Source of the DNA: Deltaproteobacteria bacterium GWA2_38_16
Lineage (GTDB): Bacteria > Bdellovibrionota > JACOXK01 > 2-02-FULL-40-11
DNA length: 64,000 nt
NCBI GenBank assembly: GCA_001797335.1
Contig: MGPE01000009.1
Coordinates: forward strand, 246-64,245
Reading direction: 5' to 3'
The notes below the pieces were generated by a model that was not told where the DNA came from, made no database searches, and saw only the letters and a list, made by a program, of their open reading frames with translations. The position numbers and the translations under genes were made by a program. Shown in pieces: positions 1 to 14,237 of this stretch. Within the stretch, counting starts at the first letter, position 1. Each line of letters begins with the position of its first letter.

Positions 1-2072
<2,072 letters not shown>

Positions 2073-2100
2073 CCAAGTTCTGGGCTTTTTGTTATAAGGG

Positions 2101-2580
2101 ATGACAAAGGAGGGTATCGTTATGAAAAAGGGCATTTATTTTTCTTTTCTTTTCCTGTTATTTTCTTCTGTTTTGTTTGCTTCTCCAGTTCCGAGTCAAC
2201 TTCAACGACAACTCATGGCAAAAGCATGGAGTGGTTTTTTAACCACGGATTTCGGTGCGGATGGATATAAACAAATCACGCTTAATTTCACTCAAGACGA
2301 AAGTAATAAACTCACTGGAATGATCACCATTTATGGGGTTCAAGTAGGCAATGGTGTTTTTAACCCTTCAGAATTTTTAACGATTGACTACCAACCAATC
2401 AATAGCACTGATGGATTTTTATCTTTAGCTTATTTGGATCCACAAACTCGCGTGGACCGATCAACCTATACGTTAAAAGCAACGTATATTAATGAAGCCA
2501 CTCATATTATTTCTGGACTTTTATATTTGACGACCGTTCAGGGAGAGATCTTCAAAATCGGAACCTTCCGCGTAGAATAA
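2101..2580 (+). CDS. Small secreted hypothetical protein. True start may be the Met at 2122.
   Basis: Signal peptide KKGIYFSFLFLLFSSVLFASPV. No recognisable domain. Confidence 0.5.
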   Translation: MTKEGIVMKKGIYFSFLFLLFSSVLFASPVPSQLQRQLMAKAWSGFLTTDFGADGYKQITLNFTQDESNKLTGMITIYGVQVGNGVFNPSEFLTIDYQPINSTDGFLSLAYLDPQTRVDRSTYTLKATYINEATHIISGLLYLTTVQGEIFKIGTFRVE

Positions 2581-3825
2581 TTATTGATCGACATCTGTAG
2601 TCTGTCGACGAATGAAGGTAGGGATGTCGTATTCATCATCGTCAAACCCCAGTGTTCCCATATCTTTAATCGGTCGACGGGAAGGCTTAGCAGCCGCTGG
2701 GGGTTCTTCTTTTGAAGCACTGGGGGGAGCTACCGTAGTTTGTTGAGGTTGAGCCGGTTTTACACCAAAACGCTCTTCTTGTTTTGGAAGAACTTGAGCA
2801 ATTTTGTCTCTTTCTTCTGCTCTCTTAAAGCCTGTGGCAATCACTGTAACTCTCACATCTTCTTTGAGTGCATTATCAATGACCGCACCAAAAATAATTT
2901 CTGCTTCCTCATGGGCAGCTTGTTGAATGAGAGAAGAAGCTTCATTGACCTCATAGAGGCTAAGCGATGGTCCACCGGTAATGTTGATGATAATACCGGT
3001 AGCCCCATCAATAGTAATATCTTCTAAGAGAGGACTTGAAATGGCCGAGGTCGCTGCTTGAATAGCTCTATTTTCACCCGATCCAACACCGGTTCCCATG
3101 AGCGCCATTCCTTTATTTTGCATAATGGTTCTAATATCGGCAAAATCGAGGTTAATTAGCCCTCGAATATTAATTAAATCTGAAATTCCTTGAACGGCAT
3201 TGAGCAACACTTCATCACATTTTTTAAACGTCTCTAAAAGCGGCATTTGTTGAGTAGCAATAGTTAAAAGTCTTTGATTGGGAATAACAATTAAAGTATC
3301 TACATTTTGCCTAAGCTCTTTAATTCCCGCTTCGGCTTGTCTCATTCTCTTTTTACCTTCAAACGTAAAAGGCTTGGTGACCACTCCTACCGTCAGAGCT
3401 CCCAGGTCTTTGGCAATTTGGGCAATAACCGGTGCTCCTCCGGTCCCTGTTCCTCCTCCCATGCCTGCTGTAACAAACACCATATCTGCCCCTTCCAACA
3501 CTTGAGCAATTTTTGAATGATCTTCCAGCGCGGCATTCTTCCCCACTTCTGGATTAGCTCCAGCCCCCAGTCCCTTCGTTAATCCCATTCCTAATTGTAC
3601 TTTATGAGGAACTTTAGCTGCTTCCAACGCCTGCCGATCCGTATTGGCAATAATAAATTCAACGCCTTCTAATCCTCCACTCACCATGGTTTCAACAGCG
3701 TTACTCCCGCCGCCACCGACACCCATGACTTTAATTTTTGCCCCTAACGTTGGATTATCATCAAATTCAAACATAAGATTTTCTCCTTTGGCCTTTTTTG
3801 CCATTAAAAGATCTCTGCGATCCAT
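2581..3825 (-). CDS. ftsZ: Cell division GTPase FtsZ.
   Basis: GGGGSNAV tubulin signature and [10 protein letters not shown]. Disordered Pro-rich C-terminal linker plus conserved C-terminal peptide DIPTFIRR. Last gene of the dcw cluster. Confidence 0.97.
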   Translation of the reverse strand: MDRRDLLMAKKAKGENLMFEFDDNPTLGAKIKVMGVGGGGSNAVETMVSGGLEGVEFIIANTDRQALEAAKVPHKVQLGMGLTKGLGAGANPEVGKNAALEDHSKIAQVLEGADMVFVTAGMGGGTGTGGAPVIAQIAKDLGALTVGVVTKPFTFEGKKRMRQAEAGIKELRQNVDTLIVIPNQRLLTIATQQMPLLETFKKCDEVLLNAVQGISDLINIRGLINLDFADIRTIMQNKGMALMGTGVGSGENRAIQAATSAISSPLLEDITIDGATGIIINITGGPSLSLYEVNEASSLIQQAAHEEAEIIFGAVIDNALKEDVRVTVIATGFKRAEERDKIAQVLPKQEERFGVKPAQPQQTTVAPPSASKEEPPAAAKPSRRPIKDMGTLGFDDDEYDIPTFIRRQTTDVDQ

Positions 3826-5030
3826 TCCACCATTCGTGATTTAACTTTATGATAAATATTGTGTTCTCTAATTTTAAACTTGGTATTAGACGTATCTTTA
3901 CTTCCGTAAAGAACAAGCCCCACACCGGTTGCATAAATCGGAGAACTCACAATATCCAGTAATCCTCCAAAGCCTTTTGGAACGCCTTTTTTGACAGGCA
4001 AATCAAATGTCATTTCTGCCAATTCTTGCATTCCATTTAATAATGTTGAACCTCCGGTAATCACAACACCGGACGCTAACAAATCTTCATAACCACTTTT
4101 TACAATTTCTCGTTGTACGAGAGATAAAATTTCTTCCACTCTGGGCTCAATAATTTGAGCAATTTCTTTTTTTGAAAATGTTCGAGATTTTCTTCCACCA
4201 ACGGTTTGTACTTCAATCAGTTCATCTTTTTGCACTAAGGATGTCATGGCACACCCGTATTGAATTTTAAGTTTTTCAGCATCAGGGGTAGGCGTTCTTA
4301 ATCCTACGGCCAGATCATTGGTAATATGATTTCCGCCTAACGATAAAACGGCGGTATGAACAATGCTCCCCCCAGAAAAAATAGCAATATCGGTAGTCCC
4401 CCCTCCGATATCAATGAGAGCTACTCCTAATTCTTTTTCATCGGCTTCTAACACAGCTTCAGAAGAAGCAATTTGTTGAAGAACAATGTCAGAAACATTA
4501 AGACCTGTTCGATTGGCACATTTAATAATATTTTGGGCCGAAGATACTGCTCCAGTCACAATATGAACTTTGGCTTCAAGACGAACACCACTCATCCCTA
4601 AAGGTTCTTTAATACCATCTTGATCATCAATAATATATTCTTGAGGAATAATGTGAATAACTTCGCGATCTAAAGGAATGGCCACCGCTTTTGCAGCGTC
4701 AATGACACGCCGGATATCGGTTTCTTTCACTTCTTTTTCTTTAACAGCCACAATGCCATGGCTATTGAATCCTTTGATATGTCCGCCGGCAATCCCACAA
4801 TAAACAGAACTAATTTCAACTCCTGCCATGAGTTCTGCTTCTTCAACTGCTTTTTTAATGGATTCAACCGTAGAATCGATATTAATGACAACGCCTTTTC
4901 GAAGACCTGTGGAAACTGAGGTCCCAATACCGACAATATCTACACCGATATCTGTTTTTTCACCGACAATTGCACAGATTTTTGTTGTTCCGATATCCAA
5001 CCCAACAATGATCTCGCCTTTTTTGGCCAC
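3804..5030 (-). CDS. ftsA: Cell division protein FtsA, actin-like ATPase.
   Basis: [25 protein letters not shown]-terminus. DIGGGTTD phosphate-2 motif. Sits immediately upstream of ftsZ. Confidence 0.95.
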   Translation of the reverse strand: MAKKGEIIVGLDIGTTKICAIVGEKTDIGVDIVGIGTSVSTGLRKGVVINIDSTVESIKKAVEEAELMAGVEISSVYCGIAGGHIKGFNSHGIVAVKEKEVKETDIRRVIDAAKAVAIPLDREVIHIIPQEYIIDDQDGIKEPLGMSGVRLEAKVHIVTGAVSSAQNIIKCANRTGLNVSDIVLQQIASSEAVLEADEKELGVALIDIGGGTTDIAIFSGGSIVHTAVLSLGGNHITNDLAVGLRTPTPDAEKLKIQYGCAMTSLVQKDELIEVQTVGGRKSRTFSKKEIAQIIEPRVEEILSLVQREIVKSGYEDLLASGVVITGGSTLLNGMQELAEMTFDLPVKKGVPKGFGGLLDIVSSPIYATGVGLVLYGSKDTSNTKFKIREHNIYHKVKSRMVEWIAEIF

Positions 5031-5131
5031 AAAACGTCCTTGCTACAATAAACTACATTACATCTATTTTAATGTACTGCAATAGACACAATACCCCACC
5101 CCATAAAATGGGAATTTTCTATAGATTACAA

Positions 5132-5917
5132 CTATTTCGCAACCTTTACAACAACTTTTTTGGTGAAATTAAGATCAATTAGCGTCGGGGTGACTGTTTT
5201 TTGTGCAAGGTCTTTTAAGACCCTTTCCAGACGAGAAAACTTTTTAAGAAAATCTTCTTTTCCGAGTCTAATTTCAAAAGAAGGCCCCTCAGTAAAAAAA
5301 GTAAATCCTACGCTTTCTTTCCAATGGATTTCAGAAAGACGAATGTCCTTTAAAAAATTATTTTGATGATAAAGAGCCATCACGTCATACGCTTCTAAAA
5401 TCAAACGCTCTTCTTTTTCACTTACTTGAGGCCCACTCACTCCAGAAATAATGGGAAAATCCACATTTTCCCGAGGTCGAATGGGTGCAATTCTTATCCC
5501 TTTTGAATCTAAAAAATATAATTTTCCATAAGATTCATCGGAAGATAAAAGAGCTACTGGTTTTTTTTCTTCTACTTCGATTCTAAGTTTATTGGGAAGC
5601 AGTCGAAACACATGTGCTTTTTCTACCCAGGGATGTTTTTTAACATTAGCCGTTAATGCATTAAGATCAATTTCAAAAATATTTTCTCCTAGTGGAGCGT
5701 GAATTAATCCTTTTATTTCTTCTTCAGAAATATGTTCAGTGGATTGCGCCACCATTTCTTGAAATTTAAAAATAGGTAACCGTTGAATTCGTGGAAGCAT
5801 TTTTTGAGTAACTACCCATCCTCCTCCCACTAAAACAATAAGGAGGATAGCATACACGATAAGTTTTTTTTGAAGACTTCTATCTTTGGGGATTTCTTGT
5901 TTAATCTTTGTGTACAA
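5132..5917 (-). CDS. ftsQ: Cell division protein FtsQ/DivIB. Single TM plus POTRA domain.
   Basis: N-terminal TM helix (LIVYAILLIVLVGGGWVV). Size and position between murB and ftsA. Confidence 0.8.
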   Translation of the reverse strand: MYTKIKQEIPKDRSLQKKLIVYAILLIVLVGGGWVVTQKMLPRIQRLPIFKFQEMVAQSTEHISEEEIKGLIHAPLGENIFEIDLNALTANVKKHPWVEKAHVFRLLPNKLRIEVEEKKPVALLSSDESYGKLYFLDSKGIRIAPIRPRENVDFPIISGVSGPQVSEKEERLILEAYDVMALYHQNNFLKDIRLSEIHWKESVGFTFFTEGPSFEIRLGKEDFLKKFSRLERVLKDLAQKTVTPTLIDLNFTKKVVVKVAK

Positions 5918-6857
5918 TAATCACTTCTTCTTCTAAGGTTACACCATGAACTTCTTTAACTCTCTTTTTAGCATGCTCAATAATAGCCACAATATCTTTG
6001 GCCGCTGCTCCACCCAAATTCACAATAAAATTTCCATGTTTTGTCGAAATTTGTGCATGCCCTACTCGATAGCCTTTCAGTCCCGCATCTTCAATAAGCT
6101 TTCCGGCATAGTACCCTTTGGGATTTTTAAAAACAGATCCACAGTTAGGAAAATTTAAAGGTTGAATGGCTTTTCTTTCGGCAATTACCGTTTTAACCAC
6201 TTCCATCATTTTTTCCTTATCTCCATAATGAAGACGAAGAATAGCTCCCATCATAATCTTATTTTTACAAAAATTTTGAGAACGATATGAAAAATTTTCT
6301 TTCGTTACAAGTTGTTCTTCCAATTCTCCATTGGTATTAATCATAAATATTTTTTCTGTAATATCGCAAAAGCTGCCCCCTTTTGTCCCCGCATTCATAA
6401 AAATACCACCGCCCACTTGTCCAGGAACCCCTGCTAAAAATTCTAACCCAGAAAAACCCTGCTCTATCGACCAAAATAATAGTTTTTGTTTTAAGACGCC
6501 CGCTCCTACTTTCACTAAAATTTTTTCATCATCTTTGTGAATAATTTTTATCTCATCAAACAAAGACAAATTAATCACAACGCCTCGATATCCTTCATCA
6601 GGCATGACGAGGTTGGACCCATCTCCTAAAACAAAATAAGGAATTTTATGTTCATCAATTTTTTTCATGAGCTGAGAAAGCTCTACACTGTTTTTAGGAT
6701 AAATAAATGCATCGGCAGGCCCTCCTACTTTAAAAGAGGTGTGAAGGGCTAAGGGCTCATTCCATAAAATCTTACTTTGAAGCCCACTTAAAATATCCAC
6801 GAGTTTCACCGGTATTGTTTTTTTAAAACTTCTAAAAATTCTAAGCCACTCTTCCAA
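5901..6857 (-). CDS. murB: UDP-N-acetylenolpyruvoylglucosamine reductase MurB.
   Basis: FAD-binding region FKVGGPADAFIYPKN...YFVLGDGSNLV. C-terminal MurB domain. dcw context. Confidence 0.92.
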   Translation of the reverse strand: MEEWLRIFRSFKKTIPVKLVDILSGLQSKILWNEPLALHTSFKVGGPADAFIYPKNSVELSQLMKKIDEHKIPYFVLGDGSNLVMPDEGYRGVVINLSLFDEIKIIHKDDEKILVKVGAGVLKQKLLFWSIEQGFSGLEFLAGVPGQVGGGIFMNAGTKGGSFCDITEKIFMINTNGELEEQLVTKENFSYRSQNFCKNKIMMGAILRLHYGDKEKMMEVVKTVIAERKAIQPLNFPNCGSVFKNPKGYYAGKLIEDAGLKGYRVGHAQISTKHGNFIVNLGGAAAKDIVAIIEHAKKRVKEVHGVTLEEEVIIVHKD

Positions 6858-8185
6858 ATATCTCCAGCCCCTAAGAGTAATACAACATCCTTTGGCCTCA
6901 CATGTTTTTCCAGTTCATGAGAGATATTTCGACGACTTGCTACTAAACAAGCATGTTTATGTTTTTTTCGAAGAAGACGATATAATTTTTCTGAACTCAC
7001 CCCTTTAATGGGTTTTTCTCCAGCTGAATAAATTTCTGTGAGTAATAAAACATCTGCTCTTTGAAAAGCCCCAGAAAACTCTTTCATTAAATCCCGAGTT
7101 CGAGTGTAGCGATGCGGTTGAAAAACAGCCAGCAGTCGTCTTTTAGGCCACACTTTCTTACAGGCTTCAAGCGTGGCTTTAATTTCTGTGGGATGATGCC
7201 CATAATCATCCATGACCGTAATGCCATTCACCTCTCCTCGAATATGAAAGCGCCGCTGTACGCCACTATACGCTAAAATGCCTTTTTTTATTTTTGAAAG
7301 ACTTAACCCTAATTCAAGCCCCATAATAATGCAGGCCAAGGTATTTTTAACGTTATGAATCCCTGGAGCTTTTACTGAAAATCGTCCTAATTTTTTACGT
7401 TTAACATAGACATCAAAGGAACTGGTAATGCCTTTTAATTCAATGTGCCTGGCTTGAAAGTCACATCTTGAACTTATTCCATAGGTAATAATTCTTTTAT
7501 TCACCCGAGGGAGAATAGATAAAATATTTTTTTCATCTCCACAAACAATGCCTACCCCATAAAAAGGTAAACGATTTAAAAATGTTACAAAGGCATCTTT
7601 AATAGCCTCCATATTTTTATAATAGTCCAGGTGATCCGCATCGATATTGGTGACAATGGCAATCGTCGGAGTTAATAAATTAAAAGATCCATCACTTTCA
7701 TCGGCTTCAGCCACCAAAAATTTTCCTTGTCCCAATTTAGCATTGGTCCCCCACTTATTGAGTCTTCCTCCAATCACAACGGTTGGATCCACTTTACACG
7801 TAGCCAAAAGCGTTCCAGAGATTGAAGTCGTTGTTGTTTTTCCGTGAGTGCCAGCAATGGCAATGGCATATTTCATTTTCATAAGCTCTGCCAACATTTC
7901 TGCTCTTGGAATTACAGGAATTTTTAATTTTTTAGCTTTTAAAACTTCAGGATTACTTTTGGATACAGCAGAAGAAATAACAACCACATCAGGTTTTTTA
8001 ATATTCAAAGACCTATGACCTAGATAAATCGTAGCTCCTAATTGATTTAATCTTTTAGTAATTTCTGTAGTGGCAAGATCAGAGCCACTGATTTTATAGC
8101 CCAGGTTTAATAAAACCTCCGCAATCCCACTCATCCCAATCCCACCAATGCCTACAAAATGCACATGCCTAAAGCTTTTCTGCAT
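6806..8185 (-). CDS. murC: UDP-N-acetylmuramate--L-alanine ligase MurC.
   Basis: HFVGIGGIGMSGIAEVL N-terminus and GTHGKTTTTS P-loop. The first Met may be upstream of the real start; the ORF overlaps the murB end. Confidence 0.92.
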   Translation of the reverse strand: MQKSFRHVHFVGIGGIGMSGIAEVLLNLGYKISGSDLATTEITKRLNQLGATIYLGHRSLNIKKPDVVVISSAVSKSNPEVLKAKKLKIPVIPRAEMLAELMKMKYAIAIAGTHGKTTTTSISGTLLATCKVDPTVVIGGRLNKWGTNAKLGQGKFLVAEADESDGSFNLLTPTIAIVTNIDADHLDYYKNMEAIKDAFVTFLNRLPFYGVGIVCGDEKNILSILPRVNKRIITYGISSRCDFQARHIELKGITSSFDVYVKRKKLGRFSVKAPGIHNVKNTLACIIMGLELGLSLSKIKKGILAYSGVQRRFHIRGEVNGITVMDDYGHHPTEIKATLEACKKVWPKRRLLAVFQPHRYTRTRDLMKEFSGAFQRADVLLLTEIYSAGEKPIKGVSSEKLYRLLRKKHKHACLVASRRNISHELEKHVRPKDVVLLLGAGDIWKSGLEFLEVLKKQYR

Positions 8186-8227
8186 AAAATATTCTTTATC
8201 ACATGTTGAGATAGGATTTAAAGAACT

Positions 8228-9280
8228 TTACGCGAGTAATTGATCCACAATGGCTTGGGCGGCGTAGGGATGAGAAAATTGAAGAATGTTTTTTCTCATG
8301 TGGTCAAGTTCTCTAGGATGCTCATAGGCATACTGAATTTCTTTAGCCAATTGCTGGCCATTGAGTTGCCAGTCTAAAAGTACCCGGGTCGCTCCTTTTT
8401 TTTCAAATGCACGAGCATTGGCTTCCTGATGATTATGGGCCGCATAGGGATACGGTACAAAAAGGCATGCTTTTCCTAAGACAGCAAGTTCTGCTACTGA
8501 GGATGCGCCAGCTCGACAAATGACATAATCAGATTGGGCATAAATTCTATCAATGTCGTCAATAAAATCATACACATCTGCTTTCCAATGTTGCTGAAAA
8601 TAAGTGGAAGCTACCCATTTTAAATCTGTTTTTCCGGTTTGATGAATAAGATGAATGCGATTTTTAAGCGTTTCTAAATAGGGGAGTGCTTCTAAGAGCG
8701 CTCGATTTAAGGAATGAGCTCCTTGGCTTCCTCCAAAAATAAAGACAGTAAATTTTTCATGAGGAATACTACTTGTACTCTTAAATTTTCGGACGGGATT
8801 TCCCGTTACAACACTTTTTTGAGAAGGAAAGTAGTGAACGGATTCATCAAAACTAACAAAAATTTTTTGAACCAATAAAGAAAGAATTTTATTGGTTAGC
8901 CCTGGCCTAAAATTTTGTTCTTGAATGGCTCTTTTTTTTCTCAATACCCATGCCATCCATAAAATAGGGAAACTGGCATAGCCTCCCACTCCTAAAATCA
9001 CATCAGGATTAAATTGCCGAATAATAAAAAAAGACTGAATTAAAGAAATAGGAATTAGACAAAGAGTAATAAATTTTTCTAAAGGATTTTTCCCTTTTAA
9101 CCCATCGATAGAAACAAATTTTAAGGGATAATGAAGACTGGGTAATACTTTGGCTTCAATTCCTTTTTTGGTCCCAACAAAAAGAATTTCATGATGGCCA
9201 CGACTTAAAAATTCTTGGGCAATCGCAACTCCTGGGAATAAATGCCCTCCGGTACCACCCCCTGCAATGAGTAACTTCAT
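8228..9280 (-). CDS. murG: Undecaprenyldiphospho-muramoylpentapeptide beta-N-acetylglucosaminyltransferase MurG.
   Basis: MKLLIAGGGTGGHLFPG N-terminus. GT28 fold. dcw context. Confidence 0.93.
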   Translation of the reverse strand: MKLLIAGGGTGGHLFPGVAIAQEFLSRGHHEILFVGTKKGIEAKVLPSLHYPLKFVSIDGLKGKNPLEKFITLCLIPISLIQSFFIIRQFNPDVILGVGGYASFPILWMAWVLRKKRAIQEQNFRPGLTNKILSLLVQKIFVSFDESVHYFPSQKSVVTGNPVRKFKSTSSIPHEKFTVFIFGGSQGAHSLNRALLEALPYLETLKNRIHLIHQTGKTDLKWVASTYFQQHWKADVYDFIDDIDRIYAQSDYVICRAGASSVAELAVLGKACLFVPYPYAAHNHQEANARAFEKKGATRVLLDWQLNGQQLAKEIQYAYEHPRELDHMRKNILQFSHPYAAQAIVDQLLA

Positions 9281-10395
9281 CGATACGTACTCGTTGAAAC
9301 ATCTTGTTGTTGAGCAGAAATATTTAACAATATTCCTACCCCCGCTAAATTACAAATAACAGAAGTACCTCCATAACTTAAAAAAGGAAGCGCTAAACCT
9401 TTTGTTGGAAGAAGCCCCATGACAACAGCAATATTGGTAATGGCTTGAAAACTAATAAGAGAGGTAATCCCCAAGGCTAAATAAGTTCCAAATAAATCGG
9501 GTGCTTTTAAACTAATGCGAATCCCTCGATATAAAAAGAGCACAAAAAGAATAATGACTGCCATGACTCCCATAAAACCCAATTCTTCTCCAATCACCGA
9601 AAAAATAAAATCTGTATGCGCTTCAGGAAGATAAAAAAGTTTTTGGCGCCCATCTCCAAGCCCTAATCCTAAAATATTTCCTGAATAAAATGCTAAAAAA
9701 GATTGAATAATTTGAAATCCCGTATTGGCTGGATCTTCCCAAGGATTTAAAAAAGCTAAAATTCTTTTTTTCCGATAGGGAGTACTCATCATCAGATAAC
9801 ACGCCGTTGGCACTAAAACGATTAGCGCAGAAATAATATATGAAAGACGGGTGCCTGCAGCAAAGAGCATTAAAAAAACAATAAAGGCAATAGAGACCGC
9901 TGTTCCAAAATCCGGTTGAAGAAGAAGAAGCCCCAAAAATAATCCTGTAACGATAAGATGAGGGACAAAACCAATGGCAAATGATTTCATGCTGCCTTCT
10001 TTTTTAGACAGTGAATAAGCCAGATAAAAAATAAGCGCATATTTAGCAAATTCCGATGGTTGAAATCGAAAAAATCCTAAATTTAGCCATCGTCTGGCTC
10101 CTCCTACTCGATGTCCAATGCCAGGAATCAAAAGGGCAATCATTAAGACTAAACAGATAAATAAAAAGGGATAAATGATTTTATAATAAGAATGATAATC
10201 AATGAGTAAAAAAACGATAAGAGCAATAAAGCCTAAAGAAGCAAAGAGAAATTGTTTTTTTAAAAAAAAATAACTGTCATGATAATTTTGGAGGGCATAA
10301 ATAGAACTGGAGCTATAGACCATGACAATACCAGAGAGCACTAAAACAAAAGTAATAACCAACAACCAATAATCAAAAGGAATCTTTCGACTCAT
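9277..10395 (-). CDS. ftsW: Peptidoglycan glycosyltransferase FtsW, SEDS family.
   Basis: About 10 TM helices and SEDS motifs. Sits between murD and murG. Confidence 0.9.
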   Translation of the reverse strand: MSRKIPFDYWLLVITFVLVLSGIVMVYSSSSIYALQNYHDSYFFLKKQFLFASLGFIALIVFLLIDYHSYYKIIYPFLFICLVLMIALLIPGIGHRVGGARRWLNLGFFRFQPSEFAKYALIFYLAYSLSKKEGSMKSFAIGFVPHLIVTGLFLGLLLLQPDFGTAVSIAFIVFLMLFAAGTRLSYIISALIVLVPTACYLMMSTPYRKKRILAFLNPWEDPANTGFQIIQSFLAFYSGNILGLGLGDGRQKLFYLPEAHTDFIFSVIGEELGFMGVMAVIILFVLFLYRGIRISLKAPDLFGTYLALGITSLISFQAITNIAVVMGLLPTKGLALPFLSYGGTSVICNLAGVGILLNISAQQQDVSTSTYR

Positions 10396-11750
10396 TATAA
10401 ATCACGCAAGAGTTCTTTAAACGTATCCCCCCTGTGCTCATAATTTTTAAACATATCGAAACTGGCACATCCTGGGGAAAATAAAATCACATCTCCGGCT
10501 CTAGATTTTTGATACGCCATAAAAATGGCTTCCTCTAACGTTCCCACAATAAAAGTTTCTGTATAATCCCCCACGGCTCGATTAATTTTTTCCTTGGCTT
10601 CCCCTAATAAAATAAGATTTTTTACTTTCTTTTGAACCAAAGGACGCAAGAGCTCAAAGTTGGCGTCTTTGTCTCTGCCTCCCATAATTAAAATTAATGG
10701 TTTATCAAAGCTTTCTAATGATCGAATGACCGAATAGACATTTGTTGCTTTAGAATCATTATAAAAATCCACATAACCTCGAGTTTTGACATATTCTAAC
10801 CGATGCGCCACTCCTTGAAATGAATTTAATGTTTGTTGAATTGATTCTGGAGAACATTTTAAAATTTTAGCAGCTAAAAGAGCAGCCATAAAGTTTTCTT
10901 TATTATGATCCCCTTTTAGTTTTATTTGATCCGTTAGGTATTGCTCATGCCAATCCTTGGTTTTTAAATAAAACCGATTGTCCTTATAATAAATTCCCTC
11001 TTGTCCATGGGCTAAATTCCCTTTAGTAAAATATAAGACTTTAGCTTTGGTTTCTTCGGCATAAGTTCTAATTAAATCATCTTGGGCATTTAAAATTAAA
11101 TAATCTGTCCCTTTTTGATTTTCAAAAATTCTTCCTTTAATTTTTCTATAATTTTCCATAGATCCATGACGATCTAGATGATCAGGCGTTAAATTCAGCA
11201 CAAGAGCAATCTTCGGATGAAAGGTTTCTATGGTTTCTAATTGAAAGCTGCTTACTTCTGAAACCACATATTGATATTCTTCCTTGGTTAATAAAATATT
11301 AGTTAGAGCATTCCCAATATTCCCTCCAACAAATGCTTTTTTCTTTGCATTTTGTAAAAATTGTCCCACCATCATGGTTGTCGTTGTTTTTCCGTTGGTA
11401 CCTGTAATGGCAACAATGGGTTCTTTAATAAAATGATATGCAAATTCAATTTCACTCATGATCTTTTTATTTTTCTTTTTGGCTTGTTCAATGAGAGGAT
11501 TTGTTATCCAAACTCCAGGGCTTACAATAAAAATATCATTAGAAAGTAATGTTTTAATGGGGTGACGTCCCAATTCATATTTTATTTTTTTATACGACCC
11601 TAAGAGTTTTAAATAAGGCTGCAACTCTGTTTTAGTTTTAATATCGGTAACGGTTACCTTAGCCCCACGAGAAGCTAAAAACTGAGCCACCGAAACACCA
11701 CTTCTGGCCAATCCCACAACCACTATTTTTTTTCCTTTTAGTTGGATCAT
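10395..11750 (-). CDS. murD: UDP-N-acetylmuramoylalanine--D-glutamate ligase MurD.
   Basis: KKIVVVGLARSGVSVAQFL N-terminus and GTNGKTTTT P-loop. Confidence 0.93.
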   Translation of the reverse strand: MIQLKGKKIVVVGLARSGVSVAQFLASRGAKVTVTDIKTKTELQPYLKLLGSYKKIKYELGRHPIKTLLSNDIFIVSPGVWITNPLIEQAKKKNKKIMSEIEFAYHFIKEPIVAITGTNGKTTTTMMVGQFLQNAKKKAFVGGNIGNALTNILLTKEEYQYVVSEVSSFQLETIETFHPKIALVLNLTPDHLDRHGSMENYRKIKGRIFENQKGTDYLILNAQDDLIRTYAEETKAKVLYFTKGNLAHGQEGIYYKDNRFYLKTKDWHEQYLTDQIKLKGDHNKENFMAALLAAKILKCSPESIQQTLNSFQGVAHRLEYVKTRGYVDFYNDSKATNVYSVIRSLESFDKPLILIMGGRDKDANFELLRPLVQKKVKNLILLGEAKEKINRAVGDYTETFIVGTLEEAIFMAYQKSRAGDVILFSPGCASFDMFKNYEHRGDTFKELLRDL

Positions 11751-11754
11751 GTGT

Positions 11755-12831
11755 TCACCTTAATTTGAGTGTTGATAATGCAATAATGGCTAAAATAATA
11801 GAAATAATCCAAAATCGAACCACAATTTTAGGCTCTGGCCACCCCAAAAGTTCAAAATGATGGTGAATAGGAGCCATTTTAAAAATACGTTTTTTGGTTA
11901 ATTTAAAGCTCATGACCTGCCCAATGACAGAAATAGCTTCCATAACAAAAATTCCACCGACCAATACCAATAAAATTTCTTGTTTTACCATCACCGCCAC
12001 TGTTCCTAACGCTCCTCCCAATGCCAGTGATCCTACATCTCCCATAAATACGGCTGCCGGATAAGTTGAAAACCATAAAAATCCCAACCCTGCCGTCACC
12101 ATGGCTCCACAAAAAATTGCAAGTTCCCCGGTCCGAGGGATAAACATCACTTGAAGATATTGCGCAATTTTGGCATGGCCTGTCACATAACATAAGAGTA
12201 GAAACGTCCCTGCTACCGTCATTACAGGACCAATAGCTAGCCCATCTAGCCCATCTGTTAAATTCACCGCATTTGAGGTCCCCACAATCACAAACACCAC
12301 AAAGGGAATATAAAACCACCCTAACGGTAAAACGAAATTTTTAAAGAGCGGAAAAGTCAAATCAGAACTAATAGAAACATTTTGGTAGAGAAAAATAGCC
12401 ACCACCAAGGCAAAAATGATTTGGAAAAAAAGTTTTGTTTTCCCAGAAATTCCCTTAGAATTTTTTTGTGCAATTTTTTTGTAATCATCCAAAAATCCAA
12501 TCAGCCCATACCCAACCATAATACCAATGGCACACCAAATATAACTATTGGTTAAATCCGCCCACAAAAGAGTTGAAAAAAGAGTACAAAAAAGAATTAA
12601 AAGCCCTCCCATGGTGGGGGTCCCCTTTTTTATAAAATGACTGGAAGGCCCATCTGTACGAATAGCTTGTTCAAATTGTTTGATCTTTAAAATCTTAATG
12701 AAGGATGGCCCCACAATAAAACTTAAAAAAAGAGCCGTTAGGCCCGCTCCAAAAATACGAAAAGTAATATACTTAAAAACATTAAATGCATTTACATATT
12801 CATAAAGCGGATATAAAAAATGATATAACAT
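11755..12831 (-). CDS. mraY: Phospho-N-acetylmuramoyl-pentapeptide transferase MraY.
   Basis: Polytopic membrane protein with [13 protein letters not shown] and MGDVGS motifs. Confidence 0.95.
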   Translation of the reverse strand: MLYHFLYPLYEYVNAFNVFKYITFRIFGAGLTALFLSFIVGPSFIKILKIKQFEQAIRTDGPSSHFIKKGTPTMGGLLILFCTLFSTLLWADLTNSYIWCAIGIMVGYGLIGFLDDYKKIAQKNSKGISGKTKLFFQIIFALVVAIFLYQNVSISSDLTFPLFKNFVLPLGWFYIPFVVFVIVGTSNAVNLTDGLDGLAIGPVMTVAGTFLLLCYVTGHAKIAQYLQVMFIPRTGELAIFCGAMVTAGLGFLWFSTYPAAVFMGDVGSLALGGALGTVAVMVKQEILLVLVGGIFVMEAISVIGQVMSFKLTKKRIFKMAPIHHHFELLGWPEPKIVVRFWIISIILAIIALSTLKLR

Positions 12832-14237
12832 TAAGCATCCTTACCAAAAGCTTCGATGAGGGCTACTACCACCTTATCCATACGCATCCCATGAGAGCCT
12901 TTGATTAATACTACTCCTGGATTTTTTATAAGCTCTTGTTTTAATTGAAGAATAAGCTCATTTTGATCTAATGTCCAAAATGATACACCTTTCTTCTTAT
13001 TTTTAACTTCTTTTATAATATACTGAGAAAGCAAACCAAAGGTCAATACATTATCAATGTTATTTTCCTCAATGATTCTACCAATTTCCCGATGATACTC
13101 AATTTCTTTAGCACCCAGCTCCAACATATCCCCCAATACGGCATAGGTTTGTTGATTTTTTGATATTTTTTTAAGCATTTGAATGGCTGCAGTCATTGAA
13201 TTTGGATTTGCATTGTAACTATCATCAATCAGGGTTACTCCCTTTTTTAATCGAATAAAGGTAGAACGACCAGAGGTGGGGATAAAAGATTCCATAGCTT
13301 TTTGAATATGAGAAACACGAATGCCAAAAGATAATGCCACAGTGACAGCCGCCAAAGCATTCATGGCGTTATGTTCTCCTGAAAGTGGAAGATGAAAGGT
13401 AACAGATTCTTTTTTTTGCTTTCCCCACTGACAGGTCATCTCTATTCCTTCTAATCCACACTCTTCTTTAATTTTTCCAAACACATGTGCTTTAGAATCT
13501 TTTAAACTATAGGTTATGACTTCACAGGTTAATTTTTTTTGATAGGGTTTTAAATATGGGTCATCCATATTAATAAATGCTTTTCCTTTTTTGGGGAGTG
13601 CTTCTAAGAGCGCTCCTTTCGCATGGGCAATGGTACTTAAAGATTTCATGGTTAAAAGATGGGCCCTTCCAATATTGGTAATAAGTCCTGCGGTGGGATG
13701 AGCAATTTGACACAGCCTTTTAATTTCAAAGGGAATCGACATCCCCATTTCTAAAAGGGCAAGGGTGTGTGAGGTATTTAACCCAAAAATAGTAAAGGGA
13801 AGCCCAATGAGGTTATTTAAATTTCCCTCGGTTTTTAACACTTTAAATTGAGTTTCCAAAAGATGGGCTATTAAATCCTTGGTGGTTGTTTTTCCATTAG
13901 ATCCGGTAATACCGATGATAGGAATTAAGAATTTTTTTCGATGAAAAAGAGCCAATTGCCCCAATGCTTTTAGGGTATCTGGTACCACAAAAAATATTTT
14001 AGTGGGAAACTCTTTGGGATTATATTTTCCTTTTTGAACAATGGCTGCTTTTACTCCTTTTTCAAAGACTTCTTTTAAAAAAGAATGCCCATCAAATCGT
14101 TCCCCTTGAATAGCAATAAAAATTTGAGAGGGATCAATGGTTTTAGAATGTTGAGAAATACTGTCAAAAGATAAAGCGGTTTTAGGTCCTAAACGTTTGG
14201 CTTTGGTTGCCTTTAGGATTTCTTGAGTTGTAAACAT
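12831..14237 (-). CDS. murF: UDP-MurNAc-tripeptide--D-Ala-D-Ala ligase MurF.
   Basis: [13 protein letters not shown]-loop. Mur ligase middle and C-terminal domains. dcw order. Confidence 0.92.
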   Translation of the reverse strand: MFTTQEILKATKAKRLGPKTALSFDSISQHSKTIDPSQIFIAIQGERFDGHSFLKEVFEKGVKAAIVQKGKYNPKEFPTKIFFVVPDTLKALGQLALFHRKKFLIPIIGITGSNGKTTTKDLIAHLLETQFKVLKTEGNLNNLIGLPFTIFGLNTSHTLALLEMGMSIPFEIKRLCQIAHPTAGLITNIGRAHLLTMKSLSTIAHAKGALLEALPKKGKAFINMDDPYLKPYQKKLTCEVITYSLKDSKAHVFGKIKEECGLEGIEMTCQWGKQKKESVTFHLPLSGEHNAMNALAAVTVALSFGIRVSHIQKAMESFIPTSGRSTFIRLKKGVTLIDDSYNANPNSMTAAIQMLKKISKNQQTYAVLGDMLELGAKEIEYHREIGRIIEENNIDNVLTFGLLSQYIIKEVKNKKKGVSFWTLDQNELILQLKQELIKNPGVVLIKGSHGMRMDKVVVALIEAFGKDA